Below are positions 17,901 through 28,305 of a stretch of 64,000 bases of DNA, in pieces. The stretch covers positions 1,824,001 through 1,888,000 of the forward strand of contig OZ243972.1 of the NCBI GenBank assembly GCA_965214705.1. The letters run 5' to 3'. Below the pieces are notes generated by a model. That model had not been told where the DNA came from, did not search any database, and worked only from the letters and a program-made list of their open reading frames with translations. A program made the position numbers and the translations under genes. Source of the stretch: Alphaproteobacteria bacterium (GTDB lineage: Bacteria; Pseudomonadota; Alphaproteobacteria; UBA828). Numbering within the stretch: position 1 is the first letter of the stretch; each line of letters begins with the position of its first letter.

Positions 17901-20437
17901 AGCGGCTGCTGGAACTGTTCGAGGGGCCGGAGGCGCCCGGCCCCTGGGCGCCGCCGGAGATGCCCGCAGCGCTGCACGCGCTGCTGCCGTGGCGCGCCTG
18001 GGACGAGTCCAGCGAGCTCTACGTCAACGCAGGATCGGTGGGGTTCGTCGTCGAGCTGCCGCCGTTCGCCGGCATCGATGCCGAGACCCTGGGCGCGCTG
18101 GCGGGCACGCTGGCCGACGCGGCGCCCGAGCGCTGCACCGTGCAGGTGATCCACTGGGCGAGCCCGCGTTTCGGGGCGGCTTCGCGCGCCTGGGCGGAAC
18201 CGCGCAGCGATGCGGGCGGGGCGCTGGCCCGGATGGGTGCGTGGCGCCGGGACCTGCTGACCTCCGGCGGCTGGCGCCGGCTGCATGCGGGCGGACCGCC
18301 CTTCACGCTCAGCGACTACCGGGTGTTCGTCACCGCCTGCCTCACGGCCCTGCCCGGCCCGGCCGCCGAGACCGCGCTCGGCGCGTTCCGCCGGGCGCTG
18401 GAGGGCACGCTGGCCTCGGCCGGCGCGCAGACCCGGCGGCTGGAGCCGGATGCGCTGCTGTCGGTCGCGGCCGAGCTGGTCGCACCGGACATCGGCGGGG
18501 TTCGAGACGGCGGGACCGACCGACCGAGCCGCCGCTGGGCGCCGCGCGATCCGCTCCACGAACAGTGCATCGCGCCCGGCCGCGCCCTCACGGTCCACCC
18601 GACCGGGCTGACCTTCCACCACCCCGACGATCAGGACATCGCCGTCCGGGTTCTCAGCGCCATCGCCTTCCCGGAGGTCTGGCCCGGCTGGCGCGGCAAC
18701 GCGCTGATCGGCGATTTCCACCGCGACTTCCTGCAACCGGGCTGCCCGGTGCTGACCTGCCTCACCGTGACCACCGGCGACGAGGCGGCCGGCGAGAAGG
18801 CGTTCCTCAAATCCGCCCGCGCGACCCAGCAGGCCGGCACGGGCATTGCCAGATACCTGCCCGGCCTGCCCGAGAAGGCGCGCGACTGGCAGGCGGTCAC
18901 CGAGCGGATCAAGGACGGCGAGAAACTGGTCCGGGCCTGCTACATGGCCGCCGTCTACGCGCCGCTCGACGCCCTCGACGAGGCCGAGCAGGCGGTGCGC
19001 GCGATCTATCACGGCCAGGGCTGGCGCGTGAACGCGGAACGCTACATGCAGCTCCCCTCCTGGCTGGCGTGCCTTCCCATGGTGTCCGCCGGGGGGCTCG
19101 ACAGCGACCTCGAACGCATGGGGCGGATGAAGACCCTGCTGACCTCCAGCGCGGTCAATCTCTCCCCGCTGCACGGCGAGTGGCGCGGCCAGCCCGCCAA
19201 TCCCGACAATCCTCCGGCGCTGTTCCTGATCGGGCGCCGGGGCCAGCCCGCCTGCTGGTCGCCCTTCGCCAACGAGGCCGGCAACTACAACGTCGCGGTG
19301 ACGGGGAAATCAGGCTCCGGCAAGTCGGTGCTGATGCAGGAGCTGGTCACCGGGCTGATCGGCGCGGGCGGCGAGGCCGTAGTGATCGACGACGGCCGCT
19401 CCTTCCAGCACACGGCCGAGGCGCTCGGCGGCGCCTTCATCGCCTTCGGCAAGGACCCCGCCTGCCTGAACCCGTTCGCCATGATCGACTCAGGCACCGC
19501 CGAACATGACGGCGACTACCGGGAAGAGTGCTTCGCCATGCTGGCGGGCGTCATCGGACGGATGGCCAGGCGCCGGGGCTCCATCGACGACATCGAGGCG
19601 GCGCTGATCGCCGAGGCCATCGCGGCGGCCTGGGACGAGGCGGGCAACGACGCCGATCTCGGCACGGTCAGGAAGAACCTCGACGGACGCGACGACCGCA
19701 GGGCGAAGGACATGGCGACCTCGCTCGGCCCCTGGTGCCCGGGCGGCGCCATGGGCCGGTTGTTCGCGGGTTCGAACGTGCCCGACCTGGAGAACGCGCT
19801 CACCGTGTTCGAGCTCGCCGAGCTCAAGGGGCGCGGCGACGTCCAGGCGGTGGTGCTGATGCTGGTGGTCTTCCTTTCGACCCAGCGCATGTATCACGGC
19901 CCCCGAACCCGGGCGAAGGCCATCGTCATCGACGAAGCCTGGGACCTCTTGTCGGGCGAGGACAGCAAGGCGTTTCTCGAAGGCGCGGCAAGAAGAGCCA
20001 GGAAGTATCGCGGCGCGCTGGTGACCGGCACGCAGAGCGTCAACGACTACTACGCCAACCCGGCAGCGCGGGCCGCCTGGGAGAACTCGGACTGGGTGAT
20101 CTTCCTCGCCCAGAAGGACGAATCCGTCGAGCTGCTCAAGCAGGAGAAGCGCATCCACTGCGATCCCGGCATGGAGCGGGCGCTGAAGAGCCTGACCACG
20201 GCGGACGGGCGCTACGCCGAGCTGGTGCTGCATGGCCCCGACGGCTGGCGAGTAGCGCGCCTCGTGCTGGACGCCTGGTCGGTGGCGCTGTTCTCGTCGC
20301 GGGGGCCGGCGTTCGCGGCCGTGGAAAAGCTCAAGGCGCAGGGCCTCACCACGGTCGAGGCCATAGATCGGCTGGCGGGCGACACCCCCGCCGCTGCCGG
20401 CCAATCCGAACAATCCGAAACGGAGGAAGTTGCATGA
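17897..20437 (+). CDS. traC: Conjugative ATPase TraC (VirB4-like)
   Basis: GNYNVAVTGKSGSGKS Walker A, IVIDEAWDLL Walker B, RRARKYRG. Confidence 0.95.
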   Translation: MKRLLELFEGPEAPGPWAPPEMPAALHALLPWRAWDESSELYVNAGSVGFVVELPPFAGIDAETLGALAGTLADAAPERCTVQVIHWASPRFGAASRAWAEPRSDAGGALARMGAWRRDLLTSGGWRRLHAGGPPFTLSDYRVFVTACLTALPGPAAETALGAFRRALEGTLASAGAQTRRLEPDALLSVAAELVAPDIGGVRDGGTDRPSRRWAPRDPLHEQCIAPGRALTVHPTGLTFHHPDDQDIAVRVLSAIAFPEVWPGWRGNALIGDFHRDFLQPGCPVLTCLTVTTGDEAAGEKAFLKSARATQQAGTGIARYLPGLPEKARDWQAVTERIKDGEKLVRACYMAAVYAPLDALDEAEQAVRAIYHGQGWRVNAERYMQLPSWLACLPMVSAGGLDSDLERMGRMKTLLTSSAVNLSPLHGEWRGQPANPDNPPALFLIGRRGQPACWSPFANEAGNYNVAVTGKSGSGKSVLMQELVTGLIGAGGEAVVIDDGRSFQHTAEALGGAFIAFGKDPACLNPFAMIDSGTAEHDGDYREECFAMLAGVIGRMARRRGSIDDIEAALIAEAIAAAWDEAGNDADLGTVRKNLDGRDDRRAKDMATSLGPWCPGGAMGRLFAGSNVPDLENALTVFELAELKGRGDVQAVVLMLVVFLSTQRMYHGPRTRAKAIVIDEAWDLLSGEDSKAFLEGAARRARKYRGALVTGTQSVNDYYANPAARAAWENSDWVIFLAQKDESVELLKQEKRIHCDPGMERALKSLTTADGRYAELVLHGPDGWRVARLVLDAWSVALFSSRGPAFAAVEKLKAQGLTTVEAIDRLAGDTPAAAGQSEQSETEEVA

Positions 20438-21087
20438 CCGCAAAGACCGCCGCCGCCCCCGGATCGAAGTCCGGGGCAGGCGAACGGCCGCTCAACTGGC
20501 CGGACGATCCGGAGACCGTGACAGCCGCCGACATCGACTTCGAGGCGCTGGCCCATGTGCTGGCCAACACCTGCCGGCGGGGCGGCTGCCTGCGCCAGTA
20601 TCACTCGGTCGCGGCGCACGCGGTGGTCGTGAGCGAGGAGATCGAGGCGCTCGACGGGCTCGGGGACGAGGACCGGCGGCGGCTGGCGCTGCACGCGCTC
20701 ATCGCGAACGCGCCGTCCGCCTGGCTCCGGGGGCGCCTGCCGGACTCGCAGCGTGCGGCGGACCGCTCCGGGAAGCTCGCCACCGGGATCGAAACCGCGG
20801 TGCGCGAGGCGGCCGGCCTCGATGCGGTGATCGACGAGGAACAGGCGGAGCTTCTGCGGTTCGTCACGCGCATGGCGGCGGCGGCCGAGAGCCGCGACTT
20901 GCTCGGCGGCGATGCGCCGGCGGGTGCCGGCGTCGCCTTCCCGCCGCTGAAGCGCCGCATTCGCAGTTTCCCTCCGGACAAGGCGGCGGCGGCCTGGCTC
21001 GCCCGGTTCCGGACGCTGGCAGGGCCGGACGCGGAGCGACGCGGGCGCATTACCCGAACGGACGGGGCGGATGCCGCGCAAGGCTGA
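20434..21087 (+). CDS. Degenerate HD-superfamily (YfbR/YfdR-like) protein
   Basis: IDFEALAHVLANTCR.GG...HSVAAHAV matches the family N-terminus; ALLHDA is replaced by ALIANA. Confidence 0.65.
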   Translation: MTAKTAAAPGSKSGAGERPLNWPDDPETVTAADIDFEALAHVLANTCRRGGCLRQYHSVAAHAVVVSEEIEALDGLGDEDRRRLALHALIANAPSAWLRGRLPDSQRAADRSGKLATGIETAVREAAGLDAVIDEEQAELLRFVTRMAAAAESRDLLGGDAPAGAGVAFPPLKRRIRSFPPDKAAAAWLARFRTLAGPDAERRGRITRTDGADAAQG

Positions 21088-21088
21088 C

Positions 21089-21478
21089 ATGACGCGATCC
21101 GACCCCGGCTGGCCGGTGCTGCTGTCCGCCGTGCTTCTCTCGGGCGCCGTGGCGGCGGCGGTCGCGGCGGCGACGCTCCGATATGGCGTCGAGCCGGCGC
21201 CGGGAATCGCCAGCGTGCGGCTCGGCGAGATGACCGCCGCATACACCACCCGCGCCGCCGCGGACGGTGGGACGCCGGAGGACGTTCGGGCCTGGGGCGA
21301 GGCGCTGGAAGCCGCGCTCGACCGGGTGGCGCACCGTCATCGCGTCGTGCTGCTGCCGGCGCGCGCGGTCGCCGCCGGGGCGCCGGACCTGACGGCGGAG
21401 GTCGAGGACACGCTCGCGGCCATCCTGGCGCGGGATGGTGCGGCGGGGATCGCAACGCCGCCGGAGGACGGAAGGTGA
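21089..21478 (+). CDS. trbI: TrbI-like protein
   Basis: N-terminal TM, VVLLPARAVAAGAPDLT C-terminal motif; synteny. Confidence 0.75.
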   Translation: MTRSDPGWPVLLSAVLLSGAVAAAVAAATLRYGVEPAPGIASVRLGEMTAAYTTRAAADGGTPEDVRAWGEALEAALDRVAHRHRVVLLPARAVAAGAPDLTAEVEDTLAAILARDGAAGIATPPEDGR

Positions 21479-22062
21479 CCGCGCGGCCTTCGATATTCGG
21501 TCCGAGGATGGCCGCGTTGCGCCGCCGCCATATCGCCCTCGGGGTGATGATCGCGCTGGCGGCGCTCTGGCTCGGCGCGGCCTCGCGCGTTCACGTCAAT
21601 GCGAGCTGGTCCGACGAGAGCTGGGGTTACGTCGCGTTTCCGCTGTTCGGCGAGGTGCCGGAGCTTGGCGACCGGGTGCTGTTCGAGCCTCCCGAGGCGG
21701 TGGGATCGAAGGTGCCGTATCTCAAGACCGTTCGCGGCGTGCCGGGCATGCGAATCGAAGTCGGTGAGGACGGGAGGGTCTTTCTCGACGGTACGCCCGC
21801 CGGCTTGGCGAAGACTCATGCCCTCGACGGGCGGCCGCTCGCGGCCATCGCGCTGGGGATCATCCCGCCGGGGCACTTCTACCTGCACGCCGATCACGTC
21901 GACAGCCACGACAGCCGCTATGCGGAGATTGGGCTGGTGCCTGCCGCGCGCATCCTCGGCCGGGCGATCGCCATGCCGGACGTGCCGTGGCTGGGCCTGA
22001 AGGGACCGCTGGTCGGGCCGGTGGACGTGGGCGACGATGAGACGCCCGAGGCGCGGCCATGA
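21475..22062 (+). CDS. S26 conjugative signal peptidase (TrhF-like)
   Basis: VNASWS, YLKTVRGVPG, IPPGHFYL, DSHDSRY. Confidence 0.85.
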   Translation: MTARPSIFGPRMAALRRRHIALGVMIALAALWLGAASRVHVNASWSDESWGYVAFPLFGEVPELGDRVLFEPPEAVGSKVPYLKTVRGVPGMRIEVGEDGRVFLDGTPAGLAKTHALDGRPLAAIALGIIPPGHFYLHADHVDSHDSRYAEIGLVPAARILGRAIAMPDVPWLGLKGPLVGPVDVGDDETPEARP

Positions 22063-22760
22063 CCCGTTCCGCCGCCATCGTGTTCGCCGTGACCCTGACC
22101 GCCCTGCCGGCCGTCGGCGTTCCGTCCGCCGCATCCGCGAAGGACCTCGGCGTGCGCGGCGCGACGTGGGCCATCGCCGAATCCGACCTGCTCGAAGAAA
22201 TCGAAACGCGCCTGCTGGAGATGCAGCGCTCGGGCGAGCTGGCCCGGCTGGAAGAGGAAGCCCGCGAGCGCGCCCGGCGACAGCTGGATGAGCCCGCGCC
22301 GGTTCCGGGCATCGCGCCAGCCACGCGGGAACGCAGCCGCCTGTTCGACCCCGCCATCGTCGTGGCGCGCGACATCCGCACGCCGGACGGAACGCTCATC
22401 GCCGCCGCCGGGACGCGGGTCAACCCGCTGGAGCGGATGCCGATGACGCGGGACCTGCTGTTCGTCGACGGACGGCGGGCGGCGGAGGTCGGATGGGCGC
22501 TCGCCCATGACAGGCCGGCGAAGATCGTGCTGCTGGGGGGCAGGCCGCTCGACCTGATGCGCAGGCACGGGCGGGCCTTCTTCTTCGACACGGGCGGGAC
22601 GCTCGCGGCGCGGTTCGGCATCGCGGCGACGCCGAGCCTGGTCGAGCGGGCCGGAACGCGGCTGCGCATTACCGAGATCCCGGTCGAGAGCCTGTGCCCC
22701 GGACCGGTTCCGGGGACCGGGAGAGTGCCAGTGATGACGAGGAGGACTGAAGGATGCTGA
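22059..22760 (+). CDS. traW: TraW
   Basis: DLGVRGATWAIAESDLL, GTRVNPLE, FFDTGGTLAARFGIAATPS. Confidence 0.92.
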   Translation: MTRSAAIVFAVTLTALPAVGVPSAASAKDLGVRGATWAIAESDLLEEIETRLLEMQRSGELARLEEEARERARRQLDEPAPVPGIAPATRERSRLFDPAIVVARDIRTPDGTLIAAAGTRVNPLERMPMTRDLLFVDGRRAAEVGWALAHDRPAKIVLLGGRPLDLMRRHGRAFFFDTGGTLAARFGIAATPSLVERAGTRLRITEIPVESLCPGPVPGTGRVPVMTRRTEGC

Positions 22761-23140
22761 ACATGAACCGCGCCAGCCTGCTGGGCCATGCCGGGCGCGA
22801 TCCGGAGATCCGCGATCTCGCGAACGGCGAGAAGGCCGCGACCTTCACGCTGGCCACCACCGAGAAATGGAAGGACCGCGAGGGCCAGCCGGTCGAGGCG
22901 ACCGAATGGCACAGGATCGTGGTCTACGGCCCGACGGTCGCGGTGGTGGAGACGATGGTCAGGAAGGGCGATGCGGTGCTGGTCGAGGGCCGGATCGCGA
23001 CGCGCGAATACCGCGACCGGGAGGACGTGGCCCGCACTGTGACCGAAATCGTCGTCGCCGGCAGGCAGGGCGTGGTGAACGTGCTGTCGGCGCGGCGGGG
23101 GGACCCCGGATCGGGGTCCGGGGCAGGCTCCGCGGGATGA
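22754..23140 (+). CDS. ssb: Single-stranded DNA-binding protein
   Basis: NRASLLGHAGRDPEIR, TEWHRIV, KGDAVLVEGRI; lacks the acidic DDIPF tail. Confidence 0.92.
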   Translation: MLNMNRASLLGHAGRDPEIRDLANGEKAATFTLATTEKWKDREGQPVEATEWHRIVVYGPTVAVVETMVRKGDAVLVEGRIATREYRDREDVARTVTEIVVAGRQGVVNVLSARRGDPGSGSGAGSAG

Positions 23141-24139
23141 CCCGCCGTTGCGCCCTCCTCGCGGCACTGGCGCTCCTGGCCGTCCTGTGGTCGGCGCCGG
23201 CCTCGGCCCAGACCTGCACCGGGCGGTTCGTCAACCCGATCTCGGACGTGTGCTGGGAGTGCATCTTCCCGATCTCGATAGGGCCGATCACGATCGGCAG
23301 CGCCACCGGCGCGCCCGACACGCCCAACCCGTCCTCGCCGATCTGCCTCTGCGGCTCGCCGATTCCCCGCATCGGCCTCTCGCTCGGGGTGTGGGAGCCG
23401 GCGCGGCTGATGGACGTGACCCGCGTGCCCTGGTGCTTCCCGAACCTGGGCGGGCTCACGATAAATCCGGGACTGCACGCGGCACGCGGGCGCACCGGCT
23501 CCTCGGGTGGCGACGGGTCCGCAGGCTCGGTCTGGCATGCGCACTACTACATGTACCCGCTGCTCTCCTGGATCGGGGTGCTGCTCGATCTGGGCTGCCT
23601 GGAGGGCGGCGGTCTCGACATCGCCTGGGCCTCCGAGCTCGACCCGGCCTGGCTCGACGACGAGCTGACCTTCCTGCTCAACCCGGAAGCGGCGCTGTTC
23701 GCCAACCTGCCGGCCCAGGCGGCGTGCGCCGCCGACTGCGCCGCGTCCTCGGCCGGCCTGCCGCTCGACCCTCTCTTCTGGTGCGCGGGATGCCAGGGCG
23801 GGATGTATCCGCTGACCGGCAACGTGGCCGCCCATGTCGGCGGGGGTGCAGGCGTCGCTGCTGGCGGCGCAGCGGCTGGTCTACCGCCTCCACCGCGCCG
23901 GGATCGCCTGGGGGACGTCGGGCTCCGCCGCGCTCTGTGGGCGCTATCCCATGCCGATCATGAAGAAGAGCCAGTACCGCTGGCAGATGACCCAGCCGGT
24001 GCCGGCGACGAGCCCCATGACCGGCTGCAACCCGACCGGGCGGTCCTCGGTGCTGTGGGAATCCCTCCGAGAACTGCCGGTCTCGGGCGAGAGCTTCGGC
24101 TACCTGCTGTGGCGGAAGCGCTCGTGCTGCCTCTTGTGA
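23137..24139 (+). pseudogene. traU: TraU with a +1 frameshift in a G5 run (23842-23846)
   Basis: CTGRFVNPISDVCWECIFPI...CAGCQG..YPLTG; deleting one G joins HVGG-VQASLL...KKSQYR...WRKRSCC. Confidence 0.88.
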
Positions 24140-24149
24140 GACCCCCGAC

Positions 24150-24894
24150 ATGACGCGCAATCCCTGCGTTCGAACCGCCTTCATCGTGGCCGCCACGCTC
24201 TTTCTCGCGGGGTGCTGCCGCCCGGCTTTGGCCCAGCAAACGCCCTCTCTCCCGGACGCGACCGCACGCGATCTCGCGGCCGAAGTGATGCGCAGGGCCG
24301 GCGGGGACAGCGCGGACCTCGCTTGGCGCGTGGTCGCGCTCGGTCATCGACCGCGCGCTGGAACGGGCCGGCGAAGTCACGCGGCAGACCCTGCCGGGAT
24401 CTCCCGGAGAGGCCTCCGCTCCGCTTCCGGCCGAACGCCATGCGCCATCGCTCGCGGCAGAGCGCCCGCCAACGGCCGAAATCCTCGTCTTCACGAGCCT
24501 TTCGGTGCCGGCGGCGAGTTGGCGCCAGTGGGCGCGCGAGGCGGCAGGCATCGGGGTTCCGCTGGTGCTGCGCGGCGTGTCGCAAGATGGACTGCCAGCT
24601 ACCGCCAGGGAAATGAGCGTTCGCCTCGGCGGCGCGGAAGCCGGGGTCGCCATCGACCCGCGCCTGTTCCGCCTGTTCGGCATCACCCGTGTCCCGGCGG
24701 TGGTGGTCGTGCCGGGCGGCGTGCCGGCCTGCCGAAGCCGGGGCTGCGCGGACGATCCCGCGCCGCCCCACGACCTCGTGACCGGCAACATCGGATTGGT
24801 GGCGGCGCTGGAAGCGGTCGCGGACGAGGGCGCGGTCGGACGTGGCGCGGCACGCGTTCATCTGCGCCGCCTGAGAGGGGAACACCGGCCATGA
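24150..24894 (+). pseudogene. trbC: TrbC with a frameshift near 24320
   Basis: Signal peptide in one frame; ILVFTSLSVP, VLRGV, IDPRLFRLFGITRVPAVV, GNIGL in another. Confidence 0.8.
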
Positions 24895-26036
24895 CGGAAC
24901 AATCCGATCATTCGCGCGATCGCATCGAGGTCGCGCTGGACCGCGGGACGCGCATCGTCCGGCTACTGACCTGGACCGCGATGTTCGTGCTGGTGTGCCT
25001 GATGCTCTGGTTGGTCTCAGGCATGGTCGCGAAAGCGGAGGATCCCAAGGCCGCGGCCCGCGCCATCGGCAATGCGGGCGCGGCGGCGGCCGGCGCGATC
25101 GCAAGGGACGCATCGAAAGCGGCGACGGTGCCGGGCTATGCCGGCACGAATCTTCCGGAACGGAACATCGGAGCGGAGGACCTGGAGGATGAGGGCCGGG
25201 CGCGGCTCGCCGATCCGGACGACCCCGGCGGCGCGGCCGGCCGCGCGGTGGTGGAGGGGGTGACCGTCCGGCCAGCCGAAAACGTGTCGGCGGGCGACCC
25301 TGTCGTCACGCGCTCGGAAGGCATCGCGGGCTCGCCGCAATCGCCGGCGCACCGCGCGAACGGGCTCGCGTCCGGCAGCACCGAGAACTGTGGCGCGGAG
25401 CTGGATGACGCGCAGGACGGCGGGTCGTGCGGGCGGGTCACGTACTGCGTCGGCGCCGGCTGCGAGACCGTGCCGAGCCAATCCAACACCGGCTTCGTGG
25501 AAGCAACCACCCGGCTCAACATGGCGGTGGAGCTGGGCGGCGACGAGTTCGACCGGGACGACATGCGCTTCTTCACCGGCAAGCGCCGCGCCTGCCACAT
25601 CCATTTCGGGGGGCTGGCCAACTGCTGCAGGAACAGCGGGCTGCTGGTCGGGCTCGCCAACTGCTCGGCGTCGGAGCGCGAGCTGGCCGAGGAGCGCCAC
25701 GCCGGCAACACCCACTATCTCGGCCGGTACTGCTCGCGGCGCACCCTGTTCGGCATCTGCATCCGCCATTCGCGCGCCTGGTGCGTGTTCGGCTCCAAGC
25801 TCGGGCGCATCCTGCAGCAGCAGGGGCGCGCGCAGCTCGGTATCGGCTGGTCGAGCTGCCGGGGTCTCACGGTTGCGGAGATCGAGGGCATCGACTTCGC
25901 CCGGCTCGACCTCTCGGAGTTCACCGAGAACCTGATGGACGGCTCGATGGAGCCGTCGGTCTCGCTGCCCGATGCGGGCGACACCGGCGAGACGATGCGC
26001 GGCCGCATCCGCGACTTCTACTCCCGGGGCCAATGA
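24891..26036 (+). CDS. traN: Mating-pair stabilisation protein TraN (short form)
   Basis: Cys-rich C-terminal domain NCC, HYLGRYCS, CVFGSKLGRILQQQGRAQL, CRGLT, IDFARLDLSEF. Confidence 0.9.
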   Translation: MTEQSDHSRDRIEVALDRGTRIVRLLTWTAMFVLVCLMLWLVSGMVAKAEDPKAAARAIGNAGAAAAGAIARDASKAATVPGYAGTNLPERNIGAEDLEDEGRARLADPDDPGGAAGRAVVEGVTVRPAENVSAGDPVVTRSEGIAGSPQSPAHRANGLASGSTENCGAELDDAQDGGSCGRVTYCVGAGCETVPSQSNTGFVEATTRLNMAVELGGDEFDRDDMRFFTGKRRACHIHFGGLANCCRNSGLLVGLANCSASERELAEERHAGNTHYLGRYCSRRTLFGICIRHSRAWCVFGSKLGRILQQQGRAQLGIGWSSCRGLTVAEIEGIDFARLDLSEFTENLMDGSMEPSVSLPDAGDTGETMRGRIRDFYSRGQ

Positions 26037-26866
26037 TGCCGCGCGCCGTCAAACGGGCGCTCAAACGTGCCCTCGCTGCGACGGTCGTGTGGACGTCGCT
26101 CGGCGCGCCTGCGGCGGCCGCCGAGTGGCGGTCGTGGTGTGCCGATGAGGATTCCGGCGCCGCGCTCGGCTGGCACTTCTACTGCGACCGGCAAGAGGAA
26201 GCGCAAGAGGCCGAACCGGCGCCCGTGCCACCGACGCGGTCCTCTCCCGACACCGCTCAATCTGCGATGGAACGTATCCAGGCGATGCGCAAGGCTCTCG
26301 AAGAGGCACGGGCGGAGGCGATCCTGAATCCGACCACCGCGAACGTCACCGCCTATCTGCGCCTGCAACAGGAGACCCTGCAACGCGCCGCTACTTTCTC
26401 CGACGCCTTCCGGCGCACGGTGTGGGCGACGCCGGAGCTCGACTACACGCTCCGCCGTCCGGTTGGCGCGCTCGCCAAGCAGGTCTGGTCGGACGGGCGG
26501 CGGCAGGCCCGGGACCGGGCCCTGGCAACTCTCGGGGACCGCTACGGGCTGATCTACCTGGGCCATGCCGGCTGCGCCGGCTGCAAGGTGTTCGGCCCGC
26601 TGCTGCGCGCCTTCGCACAACGCCACGGCCTCGACGTGCTGGCGGTCTCGCTCAGCGGCGAGGCGCTGGAGGGCTGGCCCGAGGCTGTGGCGGATCAGGG
26701 GCGCGCCGCCCGGTTGGGCCTCGCGGGTGCGCCGGTTCCCGCCCTGGTGCTGTTCGACACGCAGACCAAGCACGTGATGCCCGTCGGCTTCGGCGTCATG
26801 GCCGAGGACGAGATGGCCGAGCGGATCTTCGCGCTCACCGCCCTGGAGCCCGGCAATGATTACTGA
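26033..26866 (+). CDS. traF: TraF (thioredoxin-like)
   Basis: LGWHFYCD, AILNPT, CAGC motif, PALVLFD, PVGFGV. Confidence 0.9.
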   Translation: MMPRAVKRALKRALAATVVWTSLGAPAAAAEWRSWCADEDSGAALGWHFYCDRQEEAQEAEPAPVPPTRSSPDTAQSAMERIQAMRKALEEARAEAILNPTTANVTAYLRLQQETLQRAATFSDAFRRTVWATPELDYTLRRPVGALAKQVWSDGRRQARDRALATLGDRYGLIYLGHAGCAGCKVFGPLLRAFAQRHGLDVLAVSLSGEALEGWPEAVADQGRAARLGLAGAPVPALVLFDTQTKHVMPVGFGVMAEDEMAERIFALTALEPGNDY

Positions 26867-28286
26867 TCTGAAGAAGAGCGCGGCTGGCGCTGCGCTCGCG
26901 GCGATGTTCGCGCTGGGCGTGGCGCCGGCCCATGCCGACGTCCTCTCGGAGATGAACCGCTTCTGGCAGGGCGCGGCGGTCAACACCACCGGACCGACCG
27001 CCTTCCAGGGCCAGGCGTCGGGCCACTGGACGCTCGGCAATCTCTATCTGAGATCGCCGGTGCGCTCGGAACAGATCGCTACCGTCAGCCTGCCCAGCTT
27101 CAGGGCGGGCTGCGGCGGCATCGACGCGTTCGCGGGCGCGTTCTCCTTCATCAACTCGGACCAGCTGATCGCCTTCGGCCGCGCGGTCGCCCAGAACGCC
27201 GCCGGCTTCGCCTTCGAGCTGGCGCTGGAGACCATCTCGCCCGTCATCGCCGAGACCATGGCCAAGCTCAGGGCGCTGGCGCAATGGATCAACAACCAGA
27301 ACATGAACAGCTGCGAGACCGCGCAGGCGCTGGTCGGGGCGGTGTGGTCGAAGAACGACCGGGCGAGCGCCGCGATCTGCGCCGCGATCGGCACCAGCCA
27401 GGGCATCTTCTCCGATTACGCCGCCGCCAGGCACGGCTGCGGCGCCGACGGCAAGCGCAACTCCACCCTGGCCGCCGCCTCCGGCGCGATGGCCGACCAG
27501 GTGCCGGTCAACGTCAACTACGCCTGGAAGGCGATCCGGGCCTCGTCGTTCCTGTCCGGGGACACGCAACTCGCGGAGTTCGCCATGGCGATCACGGGCA
27601 CGCTGATCGTCACCGCGCCCACCGGCGACGGCGACACGTCCGGGCCGCGGGTGCGCATCCTGGAGCCGCTGGCGCTCGACCGGCGGGTCACCGAGACCCT
27701 GATGGAGGGCGGCGGCGCCCTTCCCGTCTACGCCTGCGACACGCCGGACGCCTGTCTCAACCCGACGCTCGGCACCGCGACCGTTCCCGCCGACAGCGGC
27801 TTCCGGGCGCGGGTCGCCGGGCTGCTGCTCGATCTCGTGGACGCGGTGCGCACCGACACCGCCCCTCCGGCGGCGGCGCTCGGTCTGGTCAACCTCACCA
27901 CCTTGCCTGTCTACCGGGTCGCCAACGCGGCCGCGGCCTACCGGGGCGCGGTGATCGACCAGGAAATGGACGCGCTTGCCGAGGCCGTCGCGCTCGACGT
28001 GATGCAGGTCTGGATCACCGACCTGCACCGGACGGTGGAGGAGCGCGCCGGGACGCTCGACATCGCGGACGGCGAGCAACTGCGGCGCTGGCGCGAGGGG
28101 CTGAGGGCCAACCGCATCGCGCTGGCACGGCACCGCCACCAGGGGCTTCAGCGCCTCAACACGGCGCTCGCCGTGGTCGAGAAGCTGCGCCTGATCGAGA
28201 CCGAGCTGGCGGGCGCGCTGTCGGCGGACCTGCGGGCGGCGCTCGCCTGGTCGCGCGGCGGCGCCGGCGCGGCGGGCGCGCAGTAG
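26856..28286 (+). CDS. traH: TraH
   Basis: NTTGPTAFQGQASG, PSFRAGCGGIDAFAGAFSFIN, NSCETAQALV. Confidence 0.93.
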   Translation: MITDLKKSAAGAALAAMFALGVAPAHADVLSEMNRFWQGAAVNTTGPTAFQGQASGHWTLGNLYLRSPVRSEQIATVSLPSFRAGCGGIDAFAGAFSFINSDQLIAFGRAVAQNAAGFAFELALETISPVIAETMAKLRALAQWINNQNMNSCETAQALVGAVWSKNDRASAAICAAIGTSQGIFSDYAAARHGCGADGKRNSTLAAASGAMADQVPVNVNYAWKAIRASSFLSGDTQLAEFAMAITGTLIVTAPTGDGDTSGPRVRILEPLALDRRVTETLMEGGGALPVYACDTPDACLNPTLGTATVPADSGFRARVAGLLLDLVDAVRTDTAPPAAALGLVNLTTLPVYRVANAAAAYRGAVIDQEMDALAEAVALDVMQVWITDLHRTVEERAGTLDIADGEQLRRWREGLRANRIALARHRHQGLQRLNTALAVVEKLRLIETELAGALSADLRAALAWSRGGAGAAGAQ

Positions 28287-28305
28287 GCGCCGGGGCCTCC
28301 AGCCC

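Noticed and set aside
15572-19174. 1200-aa minus-strand ORF (and similar at 3895-6318, 28156-30372, 36678-38990, 60606-63899)
   Set aside because: Antisense shadows of well-supported genes.
24150-26036. 628-aa ORF as a single TraN
   Set aside because: Artefact of the trbC frameshift; TraN starts at 24891.
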